A DNA stretch of 64,000 bases from Azolla caroliniana (taxonomy: Eukaryota > Plantae > Polypodiophyta). The notes under the pieces were generated by a model. The model was not told the DNA's origin. It did no database searches and saw only the letters and a program-made list of their open reading frames with translations. This document shows positions 12,477 through 30,390 of this stretch, piece by piece. The position numbers were made by a program, and so were the translations under genes. Where the stretch lies: the NCBI GenBank assembly GCA_043228905.1, contig JBHGNT010000022.1:682001-746000 (forward strand), in the 5' to 3' direction. How positions within the stretch are numbered: the first letter of the stretch is position 1; each line of letters opens with the position of its first letter.

Positions 12477-12530
12477 CAAGGGTCGGTTGTAGATTCGACG
12501 TACAAGGTACTGTCCCACGGGCATGCCATG

Positions 12531-12963
12531 TGTTACCGGTTGACAAAGGAGTCCAGAGTGTGAAATGGGGAGTTATTTAATTAGTAGGAATGGTTGTAAG
12601 TAAGCTATGAGTGTGGACAGACGGACCGGAAACAATATGCCGTTCTAGATCCGAACCGATCCCGAACAGGTGCGGATGGCACCGTTTTGTAATACAAACC
12701 GGAAACCTATTTAAAGACCTGGATACAATGTAATGAACAGCGGTTAATTAATAAAGCTTAGTGTTGTTATCTCTGTGTGTTAATTGCCGTTCTGCATTCA
12801 TTGTTATATCTTACACGTGTGATTATTAAAGACGATTATGTTAAGTAACCTAATTAAGTCGGATTAATCATTGAGTCCAATCTTGTTGCCGTAACACCCC
12901 TTTGGTGAAGTGTCTTCCGTAGACACCCTGTGTTAGGCCATTGTCCGGCCCTAAGAGTTAACA
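12531..12963 (+). repeat. 3' LTR
   Basis: Direct repeat of 3289-3721, followed by TSD tatat. Confidence 0.97.
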
Positions 12964-13918
12964 TATATATGTAAAGAAAAATACTATATATATATAGATA
13001 AATATATTATATTACACGAACAAGAGAGGACTTGAACCAATAACCCCACCCTATGACTTTCAAATCTTACCATTTACTCTATACTAATAATATATATAAA
13101 ATAAAGGATTTGCTTCATGATATAAAAACGACGTTACATGTTGTAAATTCAATAATGTTTGAGAGACTCGAACCCACAACCTCACATACCAAAGTCAACA
13201 CACCTACCATTAGGCTAGGTCCTTTGTTTTTAAAATTATATTTTCGTGTTTATTCTTATGCCATATATTTTTTTCATACATGAAAGCTTAAATGAGCGAG
13301 ATGCCTATCATGCATCACATGCATTTCATGCACTACATGCATGACTTGTACCCTCCAATGCATCATATGCATGGGGGCACCTATTTAAATGGTGAAAGGG
13401 AAGATGAAAGGGAAGAAGTATGAGATATCAATCAAATTATGTATTACATAAGAGATACCATAAAAATAGAGAAAGAAGGGAAGAAGTTTAACATAAACGT
13501 GGAGCTCTAGCTTGGCGGTCGTGATGGTCAACTCTCAACAAGAGGGAGGCAGTTCGAGCCTTATCTTCATCAAAATATTGAAGTGAAGATTGTAGTTGTC
13601 TACGATCAAGAAAGAGAAGAGTGATTACCTTGCAAGACAAAGTTCGAAGGTTCAACGACGTGCACAATCATTTTGTAACTCTTTCATGAAAATGATTATA
13701 AATTTCATACACTTTCTCATATATTATTTTATATCTTATCTTGTCTTATCTTATATTCCTTAAAAATCCTATTTTGTCATATCGTATTGATATCTATTCA
13801 CTCCATCTCTACTCTTTCGTCTCTTCCGTCCATAATCCCAGTGATTCCTTCCTCACTTTCACGTTATCCTTTGTGTGCGCAACACTACGCTTCTAGGCGA
13901 GCCACGTCACGACACCGG

Positions 13919-15205
13919 TACTATCGTGGCCTAGACCATTGATTATGTTATGTCCTGCCGCACCACTTGCTCTGCCACCAATTCTTGTTGAACCAGTTTT
14001 GGCGCCCTCCTTGGTTGCGGCTCCTCGGTAAGAGGTTCCGGTATAATGTCCTCCATTGGACTTGATTTCTCCCCTTTATGGCCCTTGTCACTTGTCTGTC
14101 GACGATGTAACAGGGCCTTGGTCGGCTCGTCATCCTGCTCTTCTTCCTCTAGGGTCTTGCTATTGATTAATGCCGCCAAGGGGTCCTGCCCCTGCGTTTT
14201 CCCCGGTTGTTGTTCTGCTTGTTGTTCCGTCAGGCGCAACTTGATTTTCAAAGGTCTCCCCGAGGTGTCCATCGATGCCTCTTCTCTGCCTGCCGCTTCC
14301 AATTAGGCCGCTCCTTCGCCTTTTGTGAAGTCTTGGCCTCCTTCCAACTTAACGCCTAGGTAGCCAGGAGTTGCTGCCGTTTTGAAGCTTTTTTGGGGGT
14401 CGATTCTGTCGGTCTACCCCTCTTCCTTTGTTTTATGGGCTCCACTGGCAGTGCTAAGAGAGTGAGCCATTGTGCCACTGATGTCCACATCTTTTTGCCA
14501 TCTTTTACTGAGACAATTGTAGCGCTCAAGCCGTCGGCGATCATTACCGGCCAATCCACTTGTACTCTCTCGTAGGTGGATATGATCAAAGTGGCTCTAT
14601 TCTTGGGCATAGCCGGTGGTCGGGGGTATACATGACCATACTCGTGGAGTACCTGAGCAATTTCCTGAAACAATAGGTCTTCGCTGCCTTGTGTGCAGTA
14701 CGCCTTGCTGCCCAGGGAGTATTCTCCGAAATACCTCGTCAGCAGCTCTTGTGAAGGGTTGTCGATCGAGTATATTCCCCCTTTCGGTAAGCCGGTCATG
14801 GCACGGATTGCTTCTTCAGTAATGACCTCTGTATCGATGTCTTTGACGACATTCTCCGCATCTCCGTGCGGTGGTGCTTCGATTATCCTCAAGAATCCCT
14901 CCAGGCCGTGTTGCTTAGCCATTTCTTGGCCGCTTCTGAGAGTACCATGCATTCCATGTCGTCGTCAGAGTCGGTAGGTTGCGGTGGGAGTAGTGCGCAT
15001 GTGTGTTCTGCTTGCTCTCGCCTGACCACACGTAATCGGTTGTGTGCGTTGAGAGCTTTGTGTTCACGAAATGAAAGAGACTTTGCGTGGCGGAGGTTTT
15101 CTTTCTCTATGTGTGGCGCCTTTTCTTGATTCCCGTGCATGCACGTCTTGTACTAATATAGCAGTCGGTTGACACGTGGTGCATTTTTTTAAGGGGCTTT
15201 AAGGG
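13919..15205 (-). pseudogene. Family-G copy 2: N-terminal part of ORF-A; element truncated beyond about 15205
   Basis: QHGLEGFLRIIEAPPH...ITEEAIRAMTGLP...HEYGHVYPRPPAMP matches 9475..11127. Homology to the 9420-9480 region ends near 15205. Confidence 0.9.
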
Positions 15206-16721
15206 ATATTTTATCAGTTGATTGTCTTTCCATTTTTAGGACTCAACACTTGGCCACTAAGATACCATGTTTTTTTGGATTTTTAAACATATTAGGGTAA
15301 GAACATGAAAAAAGTGAGCAACTCCAAGGACTCTTGACTTATTGTAAGGAAAGTCTGACAATGGAGATTCTTCATGTCTTCATGCTACAAAGGGGTTAAA
15401 TTCAATCACGTTGCTTAAACAAGCTCCAAATTCTTGCATCCCTATTTGGATATTGTTTTTTCTACTCTAGTTTCTCTCATTAAGCATCAATTCATTCATT
15501 TGGAGTCCCCTTCAATGGGAGACAAAATTTAATGTTAATTGGCAATAACCAAGTTGTCGAGTTCAAATCTATTCTTCCTCCACAAAGTTCATTTGTTGTT
15601 CTTCTTTCGATCATTTTTCTACATTGTACAGTTTATTTTGTTTATGTCACTACTTACGTTGTTGCATAATAAGTTCCCAATGTTTATGATTATCTTTGTT
15701 AGTGGCATGACCTATCGTGTCATTTACTTGGCCATGAAGTTTTGTGCCTATTGTTTAGTTCAAAAAGTTTTTCAAATGCATTTTTTTTCTAGGATAAAAA
15801 GGTAGTGATGTTTTTCTTTTAAAAAGTATATAGAATTTTCTGTTAAAATTTATTGTAAAATACTAACAATCTACTTTAAGTTACCATATATGTACATAAT
15901 TCATAATAAGAGGCGAAGATTCATATTATACATGTAGTCTCTTTATTATGAGGAAAAGTACTAGTATTCTTTCACTTATTGCATATATATTAGTCTCTTA
16001 AAACTACCAAAATACTCATTATTAATCAACAATGATTCTTTTTCTTTCTTTCTTTTTTTCCGAGAAAAAATTACGTCCCATTAGTTAGGTGAATTACATA
16101 TACAAATCAAGCTATGTACACTTTAAGTATCTATTGATACTCTACTATTTACATGTCGTTTTCATATATATTTGGCTATTGTTGTGTAACACCTTAGATA
16201 AAAAAATGTGGGGCAATCGTTGTCCACATAACAACAAACGACTGCCTGACAAAACCTGTTATTTTTCAACAAGCATCAAGACACAATTAGCAAGCTTTTG
16301 AGCAGAGCTAAACATTGATATCATCGAAAGAAATATGGGTGATTTGCTACCTACGGGGGGTAGAGCTAGTGAGGCGGCTAGAAGCACCATTTCGGATGTC
16401 CTAACGTGAAGTTCACCAATGGTGTGGTTGCCTAGAGTGAGATAAAATGTGCTTGTACCAACTCTTGAGACTTTGAATCTCCCTTCAGGTTTTCGAATTG
16501 TGCACACAAGGATACCACTACATCAGTCCAAACTCCATACATTTGCAATATTGTGTCTTTCCCCTCAGTATCATTTGAGACATCTGTATTTCCAAATGTT
16601 CCACATACCAATTGATGCATCAGTTGACCATTCTTTTTGTAGATTTCATGACCCCAAATTTGCGTACATCCATTCGTTGGCCATGTCCAGTGGGTTTTGT
16701 GCATTATGAGGGGTAAGGAAG

Positions 16722-17585
16722 AGTGACATAAAATAGAGGATTGAACCTACAACCTCACATCAACAAGATGTCATGCTCAACTATTTTGATATGAGCATGC
16801 ATTTGTATGTAATAGGTTAGTATTCTATAGTCTAGCATATAGTACATTTCAGAATCAGAATCTAGTCGTTAGTATATTCTAGAAATGTTGACGGTATATT
16901 CTAGACGGGTATATTCTAGAGATATTCAATCTCAAAACTTGTATAAATACTTGTAACTTCCGTGGTCCCTTTCAAGGGATTCAACACCAGCCATTGACAC
17001 ATCAATCTAGTATTCTTGTTCCATTCCATCTTATCTCATTCTTTATTTTTGTCTTCATGCTCTCCATAGCTCCCTAAGTTCATGGTCTCATCACTCACAA
17101 CTTCTAGAGTTCCTAGCCTCGTCACTTCTAGTTCCACGTTCATCATCCATGCTCCGTTGCCGCCTGCGGTTGGTGTGTCCGTGACAGTTTGAATCCCTAT
17201 GTTCATAGTCTCATCACTCATAGCTTCTAGAGTTCCTAGCCTCGCCACTTCTAGTTCCACGTTCGTCATCCATGCTTCGTTGTTATCTATTGTTGGTGTG
17301 CGGTTAAATCCCTTGAAAGGGACCAAGGAGGTTACAAGTATCTGTACAAGTTTCGAGATTGAATATCTCTAGAATATACCCATCTAGAATATGTCGTTCA
17401 ATATCTCTAGAATATACTAACGACTAGAATATATTCTGATTATGAAATGTATTATATGCTAGACTATAGAATACTAAGTTACTATTATATACAAATGCAT
17501 GCTTATATTAAAATGGTTGAGCATGACATCTTGTTGATGTGAGATTGTAGGTTCAATCCTCACCAACTACATATTTCATGTCACT
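16722..17585. repeat. Foldback: about 270-bp inverted arms (16722-16990 and 17296-17585) around a spacer with a ~123-bp direct duplication
   Basis: The arms are reverse complements (gaggattgaacctacaacctcacatcaacaagatgtcatgctcaac versus gttgagcatgacatcttgttgatgtgagattgtaggttcaatcctc). No TSD found. Confidence 0.9.
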
Positions 17586-18257
17586 GTGTCGTCACAGAGG
17601 AGGCATGCGCTCCGCACATCCACGCATTCTTTTTCGGATACCACCATATAGCATAACCAAATGAAATTGAGCCTTCCATGCCACATGCGGCTAGAATGCA
17701 TATAATTCTTTCCCAAATCATATGTGCATACATGCAGGACCACAAGCAATGTTCAATCGATTTTGAATCGTAGTTGCAACTCCTACAGGCACCATCTTTG
17801 CCTCTCTATTGTAGCCATTTACCAACTAGGAGGGCTTTATGGCTGATAAGCTAGAGAATATTTGCATTTTCAAGCAAGTCATATGCCCACAACTTTCTCC
17901 AATAAGCTTGCATGCAAGTGTCATCATAGAGGAGGCCTGCGTTCCGCACATCCACGCATTCTTTTTCGGATACCACCATATAGCATAACCAAATGAAATT
18001 GAGCCTTCCATGCCACATGTGGCTAGAATGCGTATAATTCTTTCCCAAATCATATGTGCATACATGCAGTACCACAAGCAATGTTCAATCGATTCTGAAT
18101 CGTAGTTGCAACTCCTACATGCACCATCTTTGCCTCTCTATTGTAGCCATTTACCAACTAGGAGGGCTTTATGGCTGATAAGCTAGAGAACATTTGCATT
18201 TTCAAGCAAGTCACCTGCCCACAACTTTCTCCAATAAGCTTGCATGCAAGTGTCATC
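17586..18257. repeat. 332-bp tandem duplication
   Basis: Units start at 17586, 17918 and (partial) 18250, and are nearly identical. Confidence 0.95.
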
Positions 18258-18556
18258 TAAGACCCCTTCCCTCCATTTACTACCAAGTGCATATTTGTGA
18301 ATTCCCTGTTGTTGAATGATATTTTGGCCAATTGTTGCAGTATATTGAAACAATTGTTTCTTTTTACCTGTTTTTCTTGTGTCCCATAAATTTCTGAGGG
18401 ATTCCAAGGTTGGGATGACTTGTTAGTGAACCTTGAAGAACTTACCTATGGATACACATATTCAACATTTTAGTTTTCACTCAAGCAATCTTTACGTTCT
18501 TCATTTTCTCCTCTTCTTGCGTTTCATTTCACATTGAGGTTTCTCACTAATAACGT

Positions 18557-19091
18557 TGTCGTGAAGATTTTTGGCAACGGTGTGAAAATCACGTGGAACG
18601 AAGAAAATCAAGAAGATGCAATGTGCACACGTATGAAAGGGGTGATGGTTACACTCATATGTTTGCACGTTAATGTGCACGTGAGATGTGCATTATAAAC
18701 AAAAGAAGCCTAGGGCCTAGTGGCATACAAAGAGGTACAAATAAGGTTTTGAACATTACACCCCCAAAATAAGAGTCAATTGACATACCACTAGGCTAAG
18801 TTGTTTTTTCAAAGTTTATTTTCATCATTATAATTTTCACATGTAAATTCTCATACATGAGACTTGCATGAGTGACATGATCATCATGCATCACATGTGA
18901 TGCATGAACGCCAAATGGCAAACATGCATCATATGCATGGGGGCATCTATAAAAGAAAGGAAGAAAAAGAAAGAGGGGATCAAAGAAGCTACATATTGAA
19001 TCAAGATGTTAATAATAAAAAACCTAGTTATCTTATTGGTGACGTGTCTTGTTTCTCAACATTGAAGTCAAGGGTTCAAACCCGGAATTGG

Positions 19092-19137
<46 letters not shown>

Positions 19138-19481
19138 ACCCACATTAAAAAGGAACCAACACCGGCAAAGATCGTTTCGTCGTTGTCGCCGCTCGCTAAA
19201 ACGTTGCGTACCACCACATCACCGCCGCCTACACGTCAATCCACCACACCGCTGAGTCTGGGTCGGGTGCATCTTTGACAACAAAGAATGACCCGACAAT
19301 AAACCTAAACGATTGATTCCTTACGAGCACAAGTCACCCAATGACTTGTGCTCCCCGGTCAAAGACCACGGTGGTCCTGTTCGACCGACCTGCAGGCGTG
19401 GAAATCCCAACATCTCCTCCATAACCACTAGCGGATAGAGGCTCGGTGCTTGTCTGCACGTGTGTTACACGCCACGTGACA
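18557..19481 (+). mobile_element. Solo LTR
   Basis: tgtcgtgaagattt...cacgtgaca, flanked by acgt/atgt. Contains a CATGCA cluster, a TATA box at about 18948 and a (CT)n tract at 19095-19131. Confidence 0.8.
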
Positions 19482-21711
19482 ATGTGTTGTACTATAGAAA
19501 AAGATGTAAAAAACTCATAGGGATTTGAAGTTTTCCATACATGGTCATGTTTAAGGAATCATACACTATTTGCACACTTACCTTATAAAGATTAATGGCT
19601 AAGATGGGGCTAAAAGGCCATATATAAAGCATAATGCCACAAAATATTGTATGTGGCTATGCATGGGGTACTTTCAAACTTTGTCGTCTCATTGAATTGA
19701 GCTATAACTACTCATATCTTCATTCTTCTCCCTCTCTATGGCAATGGCTCCCCTTGTTTCTATTGCATAGTTATGGTATCCTCAAACTATTGTGTACAAG
19801 ATCCAAGGAAATTACATACTAGATTCTTGTAACATATTACAAGACTTATTCTGTGTTTGGCTTGAGACTAGGTAGGTCGCGAGTTAAACTCGAGAAGTCT
19901 CATTTGATAATCAATTGTAGTTAATGCTAGTTAAACTATTTGGGATCATGTCACTATGTTGTAATATGGTAAATTATTACATGGAGTAGACGATGTTCAA
20001 AAGGAGTATTGTTTTTATGGTTGTCAATCCAAAATTGAGAATTCCTTCTCCTATTGGACTTCCTCCATCTCCCTCCATCTCCCCTCCAATCTCCACTTCC
20101 TCTAGTCCAATGATATTTCCTTATCATAATTTTCTTGTTTTGTTGCCACCTCATCAAATTCATGTAACTTGTACATAGACTTATAATATTAAACAAGACA
20201 CGTACAAATATTCATGATAAGAGCTTAAAATGTGCATGAAGATTAAAACGTGCTCGCCTTATTTTTGGCTCATTGCAAATCTTGCTATATAATGATGTTG
20301 CATCCCATTTTCAACAAAAACAAAATGAGGAAATATCCACCACTTCCTATCCATTACACCAAAACAAAAGTTTTGTGATGATAAAATTTATCTTGGTGTC
20401 ACTCCCATGTCAAAAAATTTTGTTGGCTGGTTGAAAGGAAGTGTATAATGGGTACTCATCCATTAATAGAAGAAACAATGATTACACTACCTCTTTTTCG
20501 TTAATCATGGAATATGATCATCCATGTGTGTAATCTTACTCTTTATTTTCATGAAAAAAAAAGCTTTATGATGATCTAAGTCATGATCCCAAACTTTTGA
20601 GGGACATTATTTTGTTTCGTGTGGACTAAAGAGTTTTCTAGAATTATGAAATCTAAATATTTGATAGAGGTTTGACTAATGGTATGGTTGTAAATGTTAC
20701 GAAAAGATGATTGTTGTTATTGTCTAGAAAATGACAGATGACCCATGTTAAAAGCTAAGGGAACATAAAGTTGCGTGTCACTTATGCCATAGTAAAATCA
20801 AGCCAATCTAAAAGTAGAGCATATAAAGTCGCATATCCCGAGAAAGAAACTTTCAAGACACAAAAGGAAAAAGAAAAGCTAAAGAATATAAGCCTCCACT
20901 AAAGATGCCATTGTGATTGATGTGATTATTTGTAACATATATGACACACAAAAGCTCTTGTAGAGCATTTAGCAATGTGGTTCTCACACTAAAGCTCTTG
21001 TAGAGCATTTAGTAATGTGGTTCTCATGAGGTGGCACTATATTTTGCTTAAACGCTAGACAATCAATAACATTATGACTCGAGCTATTATTTGGTTTACA
21101 TAAATCCACACACTCGGCTACCAATCGAAGCCACCAACCTATGCATCAATATATGATTACATGGTAAACCAAGTGAGGTGACAAGTCTCGATAATGTAAT
21201 TGAGATTTTCCTCCTCACAAAGGGCGCAAACATTGAGCAAAGGGATTCAACCAAGTTTCCTCCACCATTAGAGCACAATAACACCAACATGAGTGCTGAA
21301 TTCTACTACGAATGACGTGCCCAATAAAACTTGGGGCTCGACAACACACATTCACCATCAAATATATATATACAAACTGCAACATGTCTAGTTAGCATGG
21401 ACATTGGTGGCCATTTATGATGTCGTCATTGGTCTAAACTACCGATTTCTTTCGAAGATACTGACGATCTGTATATACAGACTATAGCGGGTCTAGTTAG
21501 AGTGGACATCAGGGGCTATATTATGATGAAGCTGTTGGTCAGAGCTACCGATTTCTTTCGAAGATACTCGCGATCCGGTTCCAGTCAGGGTGGCATGGGT
21601 GGTCGCAACTACGATGCCATTGATCAGAGCTATTCTTTTCTAATTCTTCAAATAAGATGAGCTCTCTTTTAGCCTCCTCAGTGATGCATAACACGCACAA
21701 TGACAACCTTA

Positions 21712-21805
21712 TTACATACATACATACATATACATATACATATACATACATCCATACATCCATCCATCCATAGATACATACATACATACATACATACATA
21801 CATAC
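21712..21805. repeat. (TACA)n/(TCCA)n microsatellite
   Basis: Directly visible. Confidence 0.95.
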
Positions 21806-21998
21806 ACCGAATGAGACTGTCTCTGGGGGGGAACCGAAAGGAATCTGCGAAGGGAAGTTTCCGGATTTCCTTCCGTTTCCGGGGTATTGTCCGGCGATCG
21901 ACGAGAGGAGGGCAGTTTTCCGGTAAGTTTAGAAAACCACTCTACCTCCACAAAACCAGGAAGGGCAGTTCTTTCTGATCATTTTAGAAAACCAGTAA

Positions 21999-27533
<5,535 letters not shown>

Positions 27534-28099
27534 AAGGGCATTGCCTGACATAGAATGACATGACATGACATGACATGACGCAACGAATCAGTGAAGATCA
27601 ATGTAGTTCTATTTATTTCGCCTGTTTTTATATGAGTTCTTGGCACCATGGGGATCATGGTGTGAGGAGGAAAAGCAAAAATTGAAGTCTATCCTTATTT
27701 CCCGAGGAGATACTTCCAAATGCTGAAAAGCGTAGGTTTTATTGTTCCTTTTACTTTTAAGTGAGCCAAGTCTATTGAAGATGGCATCTATATTCTAGCT
27801 GACAAACATGTAATCACTAACCAAAATATATATTATAGCCACATGCGGCATCCCTCTGGCAAGACCTTTTCTGTCAGAAGTTTTAAAAAGATATGGTAAA
27901 GAGGGTAGGGATCTGTAAAACCTCGAGATAACCTTTTTATTTTGGAAAATACGTTCTTATAATACTTACAAACCCTTTTTTTCATTCTCCCTTTTATATT
28001 TTATTCTATTGGAGTTTTACATTGTGTTTGTAATCAAATTCATATGTGCATTTCTGTCATGTGGATTCATGCATATACACATTACAAATTGACGAAATT

Positions 28100-30390
28100 G
28101 TGATGAACGATCATCCATGGATCATACCTCCATCCAAAGGTCATAAAATTGAGAGAATCCAAGTTCAATTCGATATCGGTACTTTTGTGGATTTAACCTC
28201 TAGAAAAAGCAACTTAAGTGAGAAATTACTGTTGGGATTAGCCAAAATGATGCCTCAACTAATACTGCAAGACATTATGATCCTACTAAAGGAAAGAAGA
28301 CACATGATGGCAAGATATTTCATAGTAGCACTTTACTTGAGAAGAATTCAGATAGTATTCAGAATATGCCCCTTAATGCTAGAGACAGTAGCTTAACTAC
28401 TCACTATAGTAGGTATGAAACATTAACAAGGAACAATGGAAAATTCAACACCTTAAAAGAAGGCGAATACCTTCTATGCTCGAAGTTTCTCATATTTATG
28501 TTTAGTCTTGAATGTGTCCAAGAACTCCACAACAGAAAGAGAAGCTTTAGCCATGGTATATGTAGTTCAAAAGTTTAAACAATACCTCCTTGCAAGACAT
28601 TTTAGCTTTTATGTCTATCTAGTTAACAAGATTTGCTCCACAGGGAAAATCTTTGGTGGATTGTCATGTTATTAGGATTTGATTTGAAAGTCGTCGTACA
28701 AAAAGGAAAAGATCATAACCTCGTTGATCATTTCTCTTGTTTTGAAGAGTGTGAAGCACCCAAAGAGTAGAGGATGAGGCACTTGTTCCCATGTTATTTA
28801 GTGTAGATGCCATATACTAGAATGGAAAAATAACATTGCTCATTTCTTGACTAAAGGACTCGTCTTCTTGAAGCTTTTAAGTAAAGAGGAAGTGCAGATG
28901 CTAGCAAGAATAAATTATAGGCAATTCATGATGATTTTCGGGCACCTCTAAAGAAAAGGATGTGGTGATGTCCTAAGATGATGGATACTAGATCGTGATG
29001 TGATCGCAGTCCTTAAACAAACTCATTATGGGGTTGAAAATGGAAATTTTAGTTCAAAAATCACTTCATGCTTGCTTGTGGTGGCCGGCGCTTTTAAAGG
29101 ATACCCATGAATATGTAAAAAGTTGTGACAAGTGCCAATGGCACAATCGTGTAGTTAAGGCTAACTAAAATGAAAGCCTATACTAAAAGTGATGCTTAGT
29201 TTCTAGCCTCAAGTTCGAACTTGCGTTTAAATCGGGTGAAAGTATTTGTCGATCACCTTTGAGCTACTAGCTTAGCTTTGTAGATAGTGTTTAAACTTTC
29301 TCTTGCTTTACTCTCTCACACGTAGACAATAATGTAAGCATAAGAAGATACATATTATTTACGCCACTTCTTATTACATAGAGGTTTAACAACGTAGAAG
29401 AGGAGATTAAGGTTTGGCACTTAGGTTTTAACCCTAGGCTCTCTTAACTGTAATGGAGGATTAAGGAGATAGAAGAAGAGCTCTTAGTGCACCAATCGAA
29501 AGGAGAAATTGTAAGAATGAAGAAGAGCTCCTAAATTCACCAAAAGGTCTCTTTTATAGCTTTTTACAAGGCAAAGTGTCTCCCTTTGACCACTTTACAT
29601 AAAGTAGTCAAGTGTGAACAACTTAGGGCCTAGTGTATGAATTGTAATATTCAATTCTATGATGTTGGATTATGATTAAGTGTATTATCACTTGACCACT
29701 TTACATAAAGTAGTCAAGTGTGAACAACTTAGGGCCTAGTGTTTTTGACTACATAAGAAAGCTTGCTACCTTTTTATCATGGAGGCTTGACTTATATTGA
29801 GACGATGATAGTGTGGCTATGTCTCTCGTTTGCTAAGCACGTGCGATCGTCGCAAGACCCAAGGCACGACTCACATCAACCCTCGATGGTATGGGACATC
29901 GAGGAGGTTTGGGTCTATCTTATGCCATGTTAGGAGGTGGTTTGGAACCCCTCTTTCCTTTCTTTGGTCTATAATTCCTTATGTTTTTCTTAATTAATTC
30001 TAAGTTAAAATCTAACAAGTACCTAGTCTCCGAGTAGTGATTTAGGAAAGATGGGATAGAAATCCCCTAACCACAAGCCTAGAACACCTCGAACACCTCA
30101 TCAAAACTCGACTTGTAGCTCTCTAGGCTCTTATTGTAGAAAATGCTCAAAGGAAAGCAAGAGACAATAATAAAGTAAAAGGAAAGGGAATCGAGGAAGG
30201 TAAAATGGTTTTGTTGTTATGTTTACATAGATTGAAAAAGAAACTAAAACTCGGGTGGAAGGACCATATATTATCCAACAAATCACAAAAGCAAGAGTTT
30301 GCAAGTTAGCTACATTAGATGGAGAAGAGCTCCTAGAGTTTATCATTGGTAGCAAACTTAGCACTATGTACCTATGACAAAAGGCACTGC
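28100..30390 (+). mobile_element. Highly degenerate gypsy pol remnant (RNase H, integrase) with an intervening LTR-like segment at about 29165-30017
   Basis: STTEREALAMV...KFKQYLL near 28525; WWPALLKDTHEYVKSCDKCQ near 29080-29140; GPYIIQQIT...KLATLDG near 30260. Confidence 0.65.

Larger units (their letters stand above)
3289..12963 (+). mobile_element. Full-length Ty3/gypsy LTR retrotransposon, non-chromovirus type, with 3' accessory ORFs (family-G copy 1)
   Basis: 433-bp direct LTRs 3289-3721 and 12531-12963 (TG...CA), TSD tatat, domain order gag-PR-RT-RH-IN, no chromodomain seen. Confidence 0.97.
3166..13914 (+). mobile_element. Solo LTR (tgtcgtgaag...tcacgaca; own sequence 3166-3288 plus about 12964-13914) split by the full-length gypsy
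   Basis: 4-bp TSD ccgg at 3162-3165 and 13915-13918. Flanks on both sides belong to the same minus-strand ORF-A. Contains a CATGCA cluster and tRNA-like boxes. Confidence 0.85.
16400..18450 (-). mobile_element. Degenerate 3' part of an L1-like LINE (zf-RVT region), interrupted by a foldback
   Basis: Minus-strand reading YWRKLW...HKALLVGKWLQ...CRSCNYDSESIEHCLWYCMYAHMIWERII fits the CxxC...HxxxxC motif of the LINE RT zinc-binding domain. Confidence 0.65.

Noticed and set aside
20945-21030. About 40-bp tandem duplication
   Set aside because: Ordinary local slippage duplication with no further structure.
21545-21978. ORFs upstream of PECT1 (YVCMYVC, HTYIH repeats) as a divergent gene
   Set aside because: Largely translations of the (TACA)n microsatellite; the non-repeat part gave no recognisable motif.
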